Below are positions 56,054-64,000 of a DNA stretch of 64,000 bases, in pieces. The stretch covers positions 64,001 to 128,000 of the forward strand of contig CAVTNR010000022.1 in assembly GCA_963736115.1 (NCBI GenBank), given 5' to 3'. This DNA comes from an uncultured bacterium. GTDB lineage: Bacteria; Zhuqueibacterota; QNDG01; DTFT01. The position numbers and the translations under genes are program-made. The first letter of the stretch is position 1; every line of letters starts with the position of its first letter. The notes below the pieces were generated by a model. It saw only the letters and a program-made list of their open reading frames with translations. It made no database searches and was not told the DNA's origin.

Positions 56054-58102
56054 TTACCCCTTCAGCCATTGGTCCAGCCAGCCCAGCACCGTGTCGTGCC
56101 ACAGAATCGAATTGGCCGGCTTCAGCACCCAGTGGTTCTCGTCCGGAAAGTACAGCAGCCGGCTTGGTATGCCGAGCCGCTGGAGCGCGTTGAAGGTCGA
56201 GAGCCCCTGCGTCTCCACGACGCGGAAATCCTGTCCCCCGTGCACGACCAGCATCGGCGTCTTCCAGTTTTTCACGAGATTCACGGGATTATGCTCCTCG
56301 TAACCCTCCGGATTCGTCCAGGGCGTTCCCATGTGATCCCATTCCGGGAACCAGAGCTCCTCGGTGTCGAAATAAGCCATCCGTTCGTCCAGGTTCCCGT
56401 CATGGCAGACCAGGCATCGGAACCGGTCCGGCCACGCGCCGGCGATCCAGTTGATCATGTATCCGCCGTAGGACGCGCCCAAAGCGCCGACCCTGTCCCC
56501 GTCCATCCAGGAATGGCTATCCAGCGCGGCCTGCAGGCCTTTCTGCAGATCCTCCAGCGGCTTGCCGCCCCAGTCGCCCCGTATGGCGTCCGTGAAGGCC
56601 TGGCCGTAACCCGTGGATCCGTGAAAATCAACCATCACCACGGCATAGCCCGCGCCCGCGTACACCTGCGGGTTCCATCGGTAATGGAAGTCGTTACCGA
56701 ACGAACCCTGGGGCCCGCCGTGGATCAGAAAGGCCACCGGGTATTTTTTCGCCGGGCTGAAGTCCGCGGGACGGACGATATAGCCGTGCACGGTCTCTCC
56801 GTTCCATCCCGCGAATGAAAACTGTTCAGGTTCGCCGAAGCGGACTGCGGCCACCCTGGCCGCGTTGATGTCCGTCACCTTCCTTACGTCTCCTCCGTCA
56901 GGCCTGCAGGTGTAGAGCTCCACCGGCGATTTCAGATGGTCCAGGCCGAAGAGAATCCGCTTGCCGCACACCTGCGGGGAACGGACGTATCCCCTGTCCA
57001 ACACGGGCTTGACAGCCCCTGTTTTTACATTCACCGCGAACAGGGCTCGCTGTCCGACGTTTTCCGCGACCGCGAAAATCGTGCGGCCGTCCGAGGACCA
57101 GAAAATCTCGGAGGGAGAGCGGTCCCATGATTCGGTGAGGACACGTTCCGGCCCGTCCGGCCAGGATTTCAGAACGACACGGAACCGGTCCGCTTCGTAT
57201 CCGGGCCGCGACATGGCCAGCCAGGCCAGGGTTTTCCCGTCCGGCGAGAAAACCGGTGATGTATCCCAGGCCTTGTTGGACGCGGTCAGGAGGACCGGAG
57301 GATGGGACCCGTCCGTTGGCGCCAGGAACAGGTCGAAATTCGTGGACCAGGCTTCCTCGCGGCCCGCGTCCCTGGCGGAGAACACGACGGACCGGGAATC
57401 GGCCGTGAAAGCCGTCTCCTCAATGCCGCCGAAAGGCTTGGACGGTGAATCGGCGTTCATGGAAGCCATGATGTCGACCGGAGTCCCCTTTCCGTCCGAG
57501 GGAATCACGAACAGGTGCGTTCTTCGGCCGTCGCTCCAGGTATCCCAGTGCCGGACGAAGAGGTTTTCGTACAGACGGCCCGTGGCCTTGTTATCCGCCC
57601 CCGCGTCGAGTCGTTTCTTCGTGTCCGCGACGGAAAAGCCGGGGAACACGTCCATGGCCAGGAGGAGGCTCGCGCCGTCCGGCGACAGCCGGAACGCGTT
57701 CACGTCCAGGGCGAGATCCGTAACCTGAACGGCTTCGCCGCCGTCCGTTTCGATTTTCCAGACCTGCTGGGATCCGGAGCGGCCCGAGAGAAAGTAAACG
57801 GTACGGCCGGCCGGATGCCAGCACGGGTCCGAATCCCCGGAGGGATGCGTGGTCAGACGACGGACGTTTTTCCCGTCCGTGTCCGCGATCCACAGGTCAT
57901 TCCGGCCCTTGTTCGCTTCAAGATCCGTGACGCGAACCGCGAATACCACGGTCTTTGCATCCGGAGATACGGCCGGAGAGCTGATCCGGTCCATGGCCAG
58001 CAGGTCGTGCACGGTAAAGGGATGGGTCGTTTCAGAGGCCTTGCCCGCGGAAACCGCGAGCAGAAGCAGGCCGGTTGCCAGTACGGCGATGGGACAGCGC
58101 AT
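56054..58102 (-). CDS. S9 family peptidase (dipeptidyl/acylaminoacyl peptidase)
   Basis: WD40/PD40 propeller repeats; IHGGPQ, GASYGG (Ser), DFRV (Asp), ENHW (His); signal peptide. Confidence 0.92.
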   Translation of the reverse strand: MRCPIAVLATGLLLLAVSAGKASETTHPFTVHDLLAMDRISSPAVSPDAKTVVFAVRVTDLEANKGRNDLWIADTDGKNVRRLTTHPSGDSDPCWHPAGRTVYFLSGRSGSQQVWKIETDGGEAVQVTDLALDVNAFRLSPDGASLLLAMDVFPGFSVADTKKRLDAGADNKATGRLYENLFVRHWDTWSDGRRTHLFVIPSDGKGTPVDIMASMNADSPSKPFGGIEETAFTADSRSVVFSARDAGREEAWSTNFDLFLAPTDGSHPPVLLTASNKAWDTSPVFSPDGKTLAWLAMSRPGYEADRFRVVLKSWPDGPERVLTESWDRSPSEIFWSSDGRTIFAVAENVGQRALFAVNVKTGAVKPVLDRGYVRSPQVCGKRILFGLDHLKSPVELYTCRPDGGDVRKVTDINAARVAAVRFGEPEQFSFAGWNGETVHGYIVRPADFSPAKKYPVAFLIHGGPQGSFGNDFHYRWNPQVYAGAGYAVVMVDFHGSTGYGQAFTDAIRGDWGGKPLEDLQKGLQAALDSHSWMDGDRVGALGASYGGYMINWIAGAWPDRFRCLVCHDGNLDERMAYFDTEELWFPEWDHMGTPWTNPEGYEEHNPVNLVKNWKTPMLVVHGGQDFRVVETQGLSTFNALQRLGIPSRLLYFPDENHWVLKPANSILWHDTVLGWLDQWLKG

Positions 58103-58178
58103 GGGTTCTCCTTTTTTTTGCATTTCACGTCCCGGACGGGCTTGATTGATTGCCAGGGCGCGAGTGACGCTCCTGCGA

Positions 58179-61100
58179 TTATCGTATCAAAGCCATTTTC
58201 CGGATCCGGACGTCGCGCCGCCCGTCTTCATAAGCGGCTGTCATCCGGTACAGGTAAACGCCTCCGGCCAGGCCGCGGCCGTCCAGCAGCGCCCGGTGAA
58301 CGCCCGGGTTCATCCGGATGCCGTCGATCACGACCGCCGCGCGCCTGCCCCGCACGTCGAAAACTTCGAGCCGGATCGCCGCCGGACGCGGCAGTGTGAA
58401 TTCAACCGATGCGGACGGATTGAACGGGTTCGGATAATTCTGCGAAAGGGAGAAAGCGGCCGGACCCGCCGGACCCGCGGACTCAGCGGAAGCCGGAAGC
58501 CGGTTCGTTTCTCCCGGCGTTCCGTTTCTGCGTTTCGACCGCGCCCAGTTCGAAGCGGCCGCGTTGTCCAGAAATGGGGAGATCAGTTCCAGGCTGTACC
58601 CTCCGCCGTCCGCCGCCTCGGGCCAGGCGCCGCCGTTCGCGTACGCGACCGCGTCCGCCCGCAGTCCGGATGGGGCGTAGAGCCGCACCTGGTCGCCCGC
58701 GCCGAACCCGAAGGGGATGCCGCCCGAGCAGTTCGACACGCCTGGATGCACGCGCAGGAACGCGGCCAGGTCGCGGCAGAACACCCAGGTTCCGTTTTCC
58801 GGAATGGTCACTCCGGACGGCATCCGGTAGACGTGGCCGTCGTCCTCATCCCTGAGCGTCCACCCGGTCATGTCCCTGGGCCGGTTTGCCGGATTGGCCA
58901 GCTCGATCCAGTCTCCGGTATCCGCGTCCGGGGGGGCGTTGTACATGATTTCGTTGATGACCAGGGAACCCGCCGTGAGCGCGGTCGAGTCCTGCCGCCC
59001 CATGTCGGTTCCGTCCGCGGCCATCCCATATCCCGGGGATCCGGGCATAAGGAAATACGCGTCGTCGAATGCCGGAATCCCCGTGCGATTGTGCTCCAGG
59101 CCGTCCGCGTCCGCGTCATTGGTCAGGGACCACGACACGGCCATGGCTCCCGGAATAGGCGAACCCGAGCGGAGAATATGGTTCATGACATTGTCGCCAT
59201 TTCCGTGCAGGACGGTGTTCGTCGCAGTCAGTGTGCAGCGGTACTCGGACGCGGACCGGGACGCGTAATCGTCCCCGATCCGCAGGCCCGCGACGCGGTT
59301 GCCCGCGGCCACGCAATGGTCGACGAACACGTGCGGCCCACTGGATGCGCCTCCGTCGGTCCACGCCGATTCGAATCCCGTGTCGCAGTTCAGCGCGACC
59401 GTATTGAATACCTTCACCGTGTCGCCGCCGGACGCGGCAAGGGCCTCGTGCTGAAAGCCCTCCATCCAGCAGTTGGTGATCCGCAGGCGGGCGCCGTGCT
59501 GGTCCACGGCGTCATCCTTGCCGGTCACGAAAAAGCACCGGTCGATGACCGAATAATCCGGCCGGTCCGGATCCAGAAAATCGATGTGGAAGGCGTCCGT
59601 GTCGATGTCCCCGGTGTAGATGCCGTCGTCGTTGGGCAGGTTCATGAAATGACTGTCGCGGCAGAACAGGCGCGACCAGTGCAGTTCACCGCCGTGCCAC
59701 ACGAAGGACGTGACGCAGTTCGTCTGCGTGACCGAGCTGAAATGGGCGCCGAGCGCCTTGCCCCGGGAATTCAGGATGAAGCAGTGGTCCAGGTTCAGGT
59801 CCGACCGGCCGTTTGCGTAGAGGATGTGCTGGCGGCCTGTGTGCCATTCATAGGAGGGGCTGGACGGCGTTACGGACGGCTGGCCTTTGGAATCGTCGCC
59901 TCCTCCATTGACGAAGAAGCACCAACGGAATGCGCCTGAAGCGGCCCTGAAATCCAGGCCGCCCCACGGCTCGGACCAGTTCTCCGGGACGAAGAGGACC
60001 GGATCGTTCTCCGTGCCCTCCACGACCAGGGACCCCCGGATCTTGATGTTGACATTTTTTCGGATCAGAACCCATGTGCCGGGTCGTATGACGAGCCGGG
60101 AACCGGCGGGGACGGTCAGGTCGGACGTGACGACGCGGTCCGAGGACGCTTCCCAGACCGTCTCGCCGGCCGGAAGCGTGCCGGATACGTCCGTTGAAGG
60201 CCACGATGCCGGAACGGATACGGTGTTGCGCGTTTCAGGCACGGCCGCGTTCCCGACCGAGAGGACGAAGTCAGACGGCGCCGAGGACAGCAACACGCCC
60301 GTGCCTGCGCCTCGGCTGATCCGGAACACCGTGTCCGCATGGGCTCCGGCGGCGCGCACGGTGACCGGCGCCTGCCGGATCGGATCGATGTCCCAATTTA
60401 CGTCGCGGATGCGCACGACCACGGGGAATCGGCGGCCGCGCAGAACGCGCGAAGGCGCCGTGACCTGGCAGTTGACCGGCCCCACGGGGACGAACACCGC
60501 GGACGCGGACCGGTCTCCGTCCGGAGTCCAGGTGACGGTTTCCGCGAAGGGTAATGCGGGATCGGTCCAGCCGGCAAAACGGAAACCCGGATCGGGGATT
60601 GCGGTCAGGGTGACCGGAACGCCCCGGAAATAGACGCCGGACCAGGGCAGGATTTCGGGCGTCACCGAGTTGACCCGGATCCGGCCGGATCCGCCGCTGA
60701 TGCCCAGATCCAGGCGGGCCGTGCCGGACAGATGGAAATGATCCATGATCTGGGAACGGACGATGTCCGGCTGGCGGTCCGCGTAATCGCGCAGTGCCTG
60801 CACGTTCTCTTCCCACGCTTCAAAGGTGGTGCCCCATCGTTCCGCGTCCCGTGCCGCTTCGGGACGGATGACTTCTGCCAGGGAGTCGATGACCGCGCGG
60901 ACCGACGCGGGCTCGAAGAGCGTGTTCAGCAGGTCCGCGGTCCGGTTGATGCAGGACGTCCGGAACGACGTGTTCTGAAGCAGTTTGTCCGTGATGTGGT
61001 TTCGCAGATAGACTTCGATCGGACTGTAGGTGCTGGTGAAGGGATTCCAGTTCGTTTTGGTGTAGATCCGGTACCCGTCCCAGACCGTCCAGATCCACCG

Positions 61101-62651
61101 GGCGTCCGGTTTTTTCTCCCGGATCATGAATGTGCCGTAGGTCCAGGAGTAGAACACGGCCGCGTGTGAAACGGCCAGAACGGTCGCGTAATTCTCGAGG
61201 TCCATCCGGTCGGCGGCCTGGGCGAGCATGGCGTCCGATTCAAAGGTGTTGGCGTCGAAGAAAGCGATGAGACTCCGCCATTCATCCCGCGATCCATATA
61301 CCAGCTCGGTGGAATCCCACCGCGTCCGCATCATATCCAGGTCTTCGTATCCGAGATGATCCTTGACGAAGTTTTCATCCATGCTCTGCTTGAGGTCGAA
61401 TATGCCGTGGTAGCCGCCGTTCAGGAACAGGGTGGAGAGCCGGTCCTGCGAAACCAGGTAACCGGTCCTCCGCCACAGCTCGGTCAGGAGCGGATCGCGT
61501 ATCAATGTTCCGGAGTGCGTGTTGTCCTCGCCCGGATCCAGGCCGTCGTCGTAACCGGCCCGGAGCACGAGGTTCCTGAACGATTCCACGGAGTCGCCCG
61601 GGAAAAGCGGATGATCGAGCCTGCCGTCGCCGTACCCGTCTCTGAAGTGGATGCGATAGGACTGCTTGGCGTACGAGTCCGGACTGCTGTTGCCCTGGGT
61701 GCGCAGGCCGCCGGGCATACGGAATCCGGCCTCCCGGTCCGGAAAGTATTCGATAAAAGCGCGGCGCTCCCACATCCGGCCGTCGTGGCCCTGGTCCGTA
61801 TCCGATCCCGGATGCACGTAGATGCCGGTGTCCGGATCATACAGGTCGTTCGGGTCGATGACCAGGGACACCGCCGGGAGTGTGGAGGATTCGTTCAGAA
61901 AATAAGAGGCTGTCGCGATCGGACCTGGGAGGAATCCGGTTTTGAAACCGCGGGCCCTGAATACGCAGGTTTGGTTCACAGCCGCGGATCCGGTAACGAC
62001 GGGCGAGGATTCGTCCGGGTCCTCGCCGTCCACCGTGTACCGGACGGTTTCTTCGGCCCCTCCGGGCCGGACGGTCACGTTCACGGAGCCCTGATAAAAA
62101 CCGGGTGCCGTTTCAATGACCGGTTCGGCGCAGACACCCGCATACGCGGCCTGATTGTACGCGCCCGGTGTAGGCGGGCTCATGAATCCCCACGCGGATG
62201 TCCCGTCCGGATGCCGGCCCCAGGACACATCGGCTGACTGGCGGTTGTAGGTCACGGCGTCCGCGATCGAGATCCCGTCCGGCCTGATCAGAGTGACACG
62301 GCCGCCTTCTCTCGCCAGACGGAAACCGAGATGGTCCGCACCCAGGCCGGTTTCGCCGTCCGCGATCAGAATGAGAAATCCGCCTTCGGGGACGGTGGTT
62401 TCCGCCGGCCGGCCGGACGGTATCCGCCATGCCGAGCCGAGACCCGCGTCGTTCGACAGGGACCATCCGGCAAGATCGACCGCGGCAGGTCCGGAGTTGT
62501 GGATTTCGATCCAGTCCTCATATCCGCCGTCCGCGTTCCTGTACGCGAGCACGTTGGAGGCGCCGAGTTCGTTGAGGAACAGGTCCGCGCGGAGAGTCCC
62601 GGTGGCGGCGAGCATGCAGAGAAAGGCAACTAAGAATCGGAGAGGACGCAT
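58179..62651 (-). CDS. CotH-family kinase with lamin-tail domains, Fn3-like domain, beta-helix and T9SS C-terminal domain
   Basis: LNELGASN...DWIEIHN (LTD); YTVDGEDP; GRMWER, RTQGNSS...KQSYRI, LFLNGGYHG (CotH); DDAVD-type beta-helix; INEIMYN...DWIEL (LTD); NYPNPFNP. Confidence 0.82.
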   Translation of the reverse strand: MRPLRFLVAFLCMLAATGTLRADLFLNELGASNVLAYRNADGGYEDWIEIHNSGPAAVDLAGWSLSNDAGLGSAWRIPSGRPAETTVPEGGFLILIADGETGLGADHLGFRLAREGGRVTLIRPDGISIADAVTYNRQSADVSWGRHPDGTSAWGFMSPPTPGAYNQAAYAGVCAEPVIETAPGFYQGSVNVTVRPGGAEETVRYTVDGEDPDESSPVVTGSAAVNQTCVFRARGFKTGFLPGPIATASYFLNESSTLPAVSLVIDPNDLYDPDTGIYVHPGSDTDQGHDGRMWERRAFIEYFPDREAGFRMPGGLRTQGNSSPDSYAKQSYRIHFRDGYGDGRLDHPLFPGDSVESFRNLVLRAGYDDGLDPGEDNTHSGTLIRDPLLTELWRRTGYLVSQDRLSTLFLNGGYHGIFDLKQSMDENFVKDHLGYEDLDMMRTRWDSTELVYGSRDEWRSLIAFFDANTFESDAMLAQAADRMDLENYATVLAVSHAAVFYSWTYGTFMIREKKPDARWIWTVWDGYRIYTKTNWNPFTSTYSPIEVYLRNHITDKLLQNTSFRTSCINRTADLLNTLFEPASVRAVIDSLAEVIRPEAARDAERWGTTFEAWEENVQALRDYADRQPDIVRSQIMDHFHLSGTARLDLGISGGSGRIRVNSVTPEILPWSGVYFRGVPVTLTAIPDPGFRFAGWTDPALPFAETVTWTPDGDRSASAVFVPVGPVNCQVTAPSRVLRGRRFPVVVRIRDVNWDIDPIRQAPVTVRAAGAHADTVFRISRGAGTGVLLSSAPSDFVLSVGNAAVPETRNTVSVPASWPSTDVSGTLPAGETVWEASSDRVVTSDLTVPAGSRLVIRPGTWVLIRKNVNIKIRGSLVVEGTENDPVLFVPENWSEPWGGLDFRAASGAFRWCFFVNGGGDDSKGQPSVTPSSPSYEWHTGRQHILYANGRSDLNLDHCFILNSRGKALGAHFSSVTQTNCVTSFVWHGGELHWSRLFCRDSHFMNLPNDDGIYTGDIDTDAFHIDFLDPDRPDYSVIDRCFFVTGKDDAVDQHGARLRITNCWMEGFQHEALAASGGDTVKVFNTVALNCDTGFESAWTDGGASSGPHVFVDHCVAAGNRVAGLRIGDDYASRSASEYRCTLTATNTVLHGNGDNVMNHILRSGSPIPGAMAVSWSLTNDADADGLEHNRTGIPAFDDAYFLMPGSPGYGMAADGTDMGRQDSTALTAGSLVINEIMYNAPPDADTGDWIELANPANRPRDMTGWTLRDEDDGHVYRMPSGVTIPENGTWVFCRDLAAFLRVHPGVSNCSGGIPFGFGAGDQVRLYAPSGLRADAVAYANGGAWPEAADGGGYSLELISPFLDNAAASNWARSKRRNGTPGETNRLPASAESAGPAGPAAFSLSQNYPNPFNPSASVEFTLPRPAAIRLEVFDVRGRRAAVVIDGIRMNPGVHRALLDGRGLAGGVYLYRMTAAYEDGRRDVRIRKMALIR

Positions 62652-62708
62652 GGCAGTATCCTTGTTGGGGTTGATCGCAGGAATCCGGATTCCAGACAAC
62701 ATCGGAGA

Positions 62709-63910
62709 CTAACGGCGGCTTTTTTCCGAGAGCGCGGCCATGGATTCGGCGAGTATTGCCACGCCCGCCGAGATGCGGTCCTCGGGCGTGTGCGAGAAGG
62801 AGAGGCGCAGGCAGTCGTCCTTCCGACCTTCGGGATCAAAGGCCCGGCCGACCACGAAAACCGCGCCGCGGGCCGCCGCGATCTCAAGCAGGGCAGTGGC
62901 GTTCATGCCCGCGGGCAGCTGCAGCCAGAGGTAGAATCCGCCTTTCGGCGCGTTCCATTTCACGCCTTCGGGCATGAGCGCCTTCAGGGCGTCGGTCATG
63001 ATCCGGCAGCGGCGGGCATAGGCTTGTCGCAGGCGCTCCAGGTAGGCCGGCAGATAGCCGCCGCGGAGAAAGGCGTCTGCCAGAACCTGGGTGTAGGTCG
63101 ACGAGCAGGCGTCCACACCCTGCTTGGCGAGTTCGCATTTGGCCACCACATCCTTCGGCCCGAGCAGCCAGCCCAGCCGCATGCCGGGCCCGAAAATCTT
63201 GGAGAAGGATCCCGTGTAGCAGATCGGGACCGCGGGATCCGCGGCCGCCTTCATGGGCACGGTCAGGGGTTTATCCCTTTCGTCGAAAAAGAGCTCGCCG
63301 TAAGCGTCGTCCTCGAGCAGGGGGACGTCCCGCCCTTTCAGCAGATGCATCACGGCCGCTTTGCGTTCCGCGGAGTACACGATGCCGGCCGGGTTGTGGA
63401 AATAGGGCGTGAGGTACAGGAGTTTGGGTTTCTCCTCTTCGAGCGCCCGTTCCAGATCGCGGAGCACCGGGCCGTCGCCGTCGAGCGGAACACCCCGGAG
63501 CCCGGCCTGAAAGTAGCGGAAAACAGGAATGGCGCCCACGAAGCAGGGCGTCTCGGTCACGATCACGTCTCCGGGATCGGTGAACACCTTGGCCGTGAGA
63601 TGGATGGCCTGCAGGGAGCCGGCCGTGACGATCAGGCCGTTGTCCTCCACCGGCAGGCCCTTGGACCGGAGATAAGCGGACAGGGATTCGAGTAGCGGAG
63701 GATACCCGGGAGTGGGGCCGTATTGGAAGCCGTCCTGTTTCGCGCGGAGCGGCAGTGCGGAGATTATTTCGTCCAGTTCCTCCACCGGGAACAGGCCGGG
63801 ATTCGGCATGCCGCCGAAAAGGAAATGATGTCCGGATTCGATGCCGCCTTCATGAGTTCGCGTACCGCGGAGGACTGGAGGGAATCGACGGAGCGTGAGA
63901 AACGAATCAT
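62709..63910 (-). CDS. PLP-dependent aminotransferase class I/II (-1 indel at ~63816)
   Basis: GGMP, QYGPTPG, HNPAG, EDDAY, GSFSKIFGPGMRLGW; the true N-terminus MIRFSRSVDSLQSSAVRELMK...ISF lies in another frame. Confidence 0.88.
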
Positions 63911-64000
63911 GGAATCCTCTGGTCGGTTCATGGTTCAAGGAGGAATGGCTCCGGGTTCCGCAGTTTCGGATTCGGGCTTATAAAACGCAGTCGATCCGGA

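Noticed and set aside
1-64000. tRNA, rRNA, transposase or prophage genes
   Set aside because: None were recognisable by eye or in the ORF track; covariance-model scans were not run.

Overview
A GC-rich bacterial chromosomal segment. Seven secreted proteins end in a Por/T9SS-type C-terminal sorting domain (N[YFH]PNPFN), which suggests an anaerobic FCB-group organism such as KSB1; the taxonomy is inference. The main content is a split hemicellulose (xylan/xyloglucan) locus with XylR, 2x GH43, GH2, GH10, GH5, GH27, GH3, GH13, GH67 and GH31, and no susC/susD pair. It is interrupted by mntP, purC, a GMP synthase subunit B, an isochorismatase, a 4Fe-4S protein and a URO-D/MtaA-family gene. Further right are an orphan CheY/CheB pair, larEBC (nickel-pincer cofactor), bfr-cupin-BON/LysM-ldh, an esterase, an S9 peptidase, a large CotH kinase and a PLP aminotransferase. 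An AT-rich island (about 53.0-55.8 kb) is an integron cassette array: a probable attI, two clear attC sites and three cassettes (a DUF4258/YgiT TA pair, an ankyrin lipoprotein and an unknown protein), with no integrase. Intergenic DNA is rich in small elements: inverted 7-bp tandem-repeat hairpins with a 28-30 nt loop, several REP-like palindrome families and MITEs. One MITE pair brackets a papain-like lipoprotein gene. A duplicated AraC-type operator and a terminator delimit a candidate XylR-controlled sRNA. Seven single-base indels in five otherwise intact genes are most likely sequencing or assembly errors.
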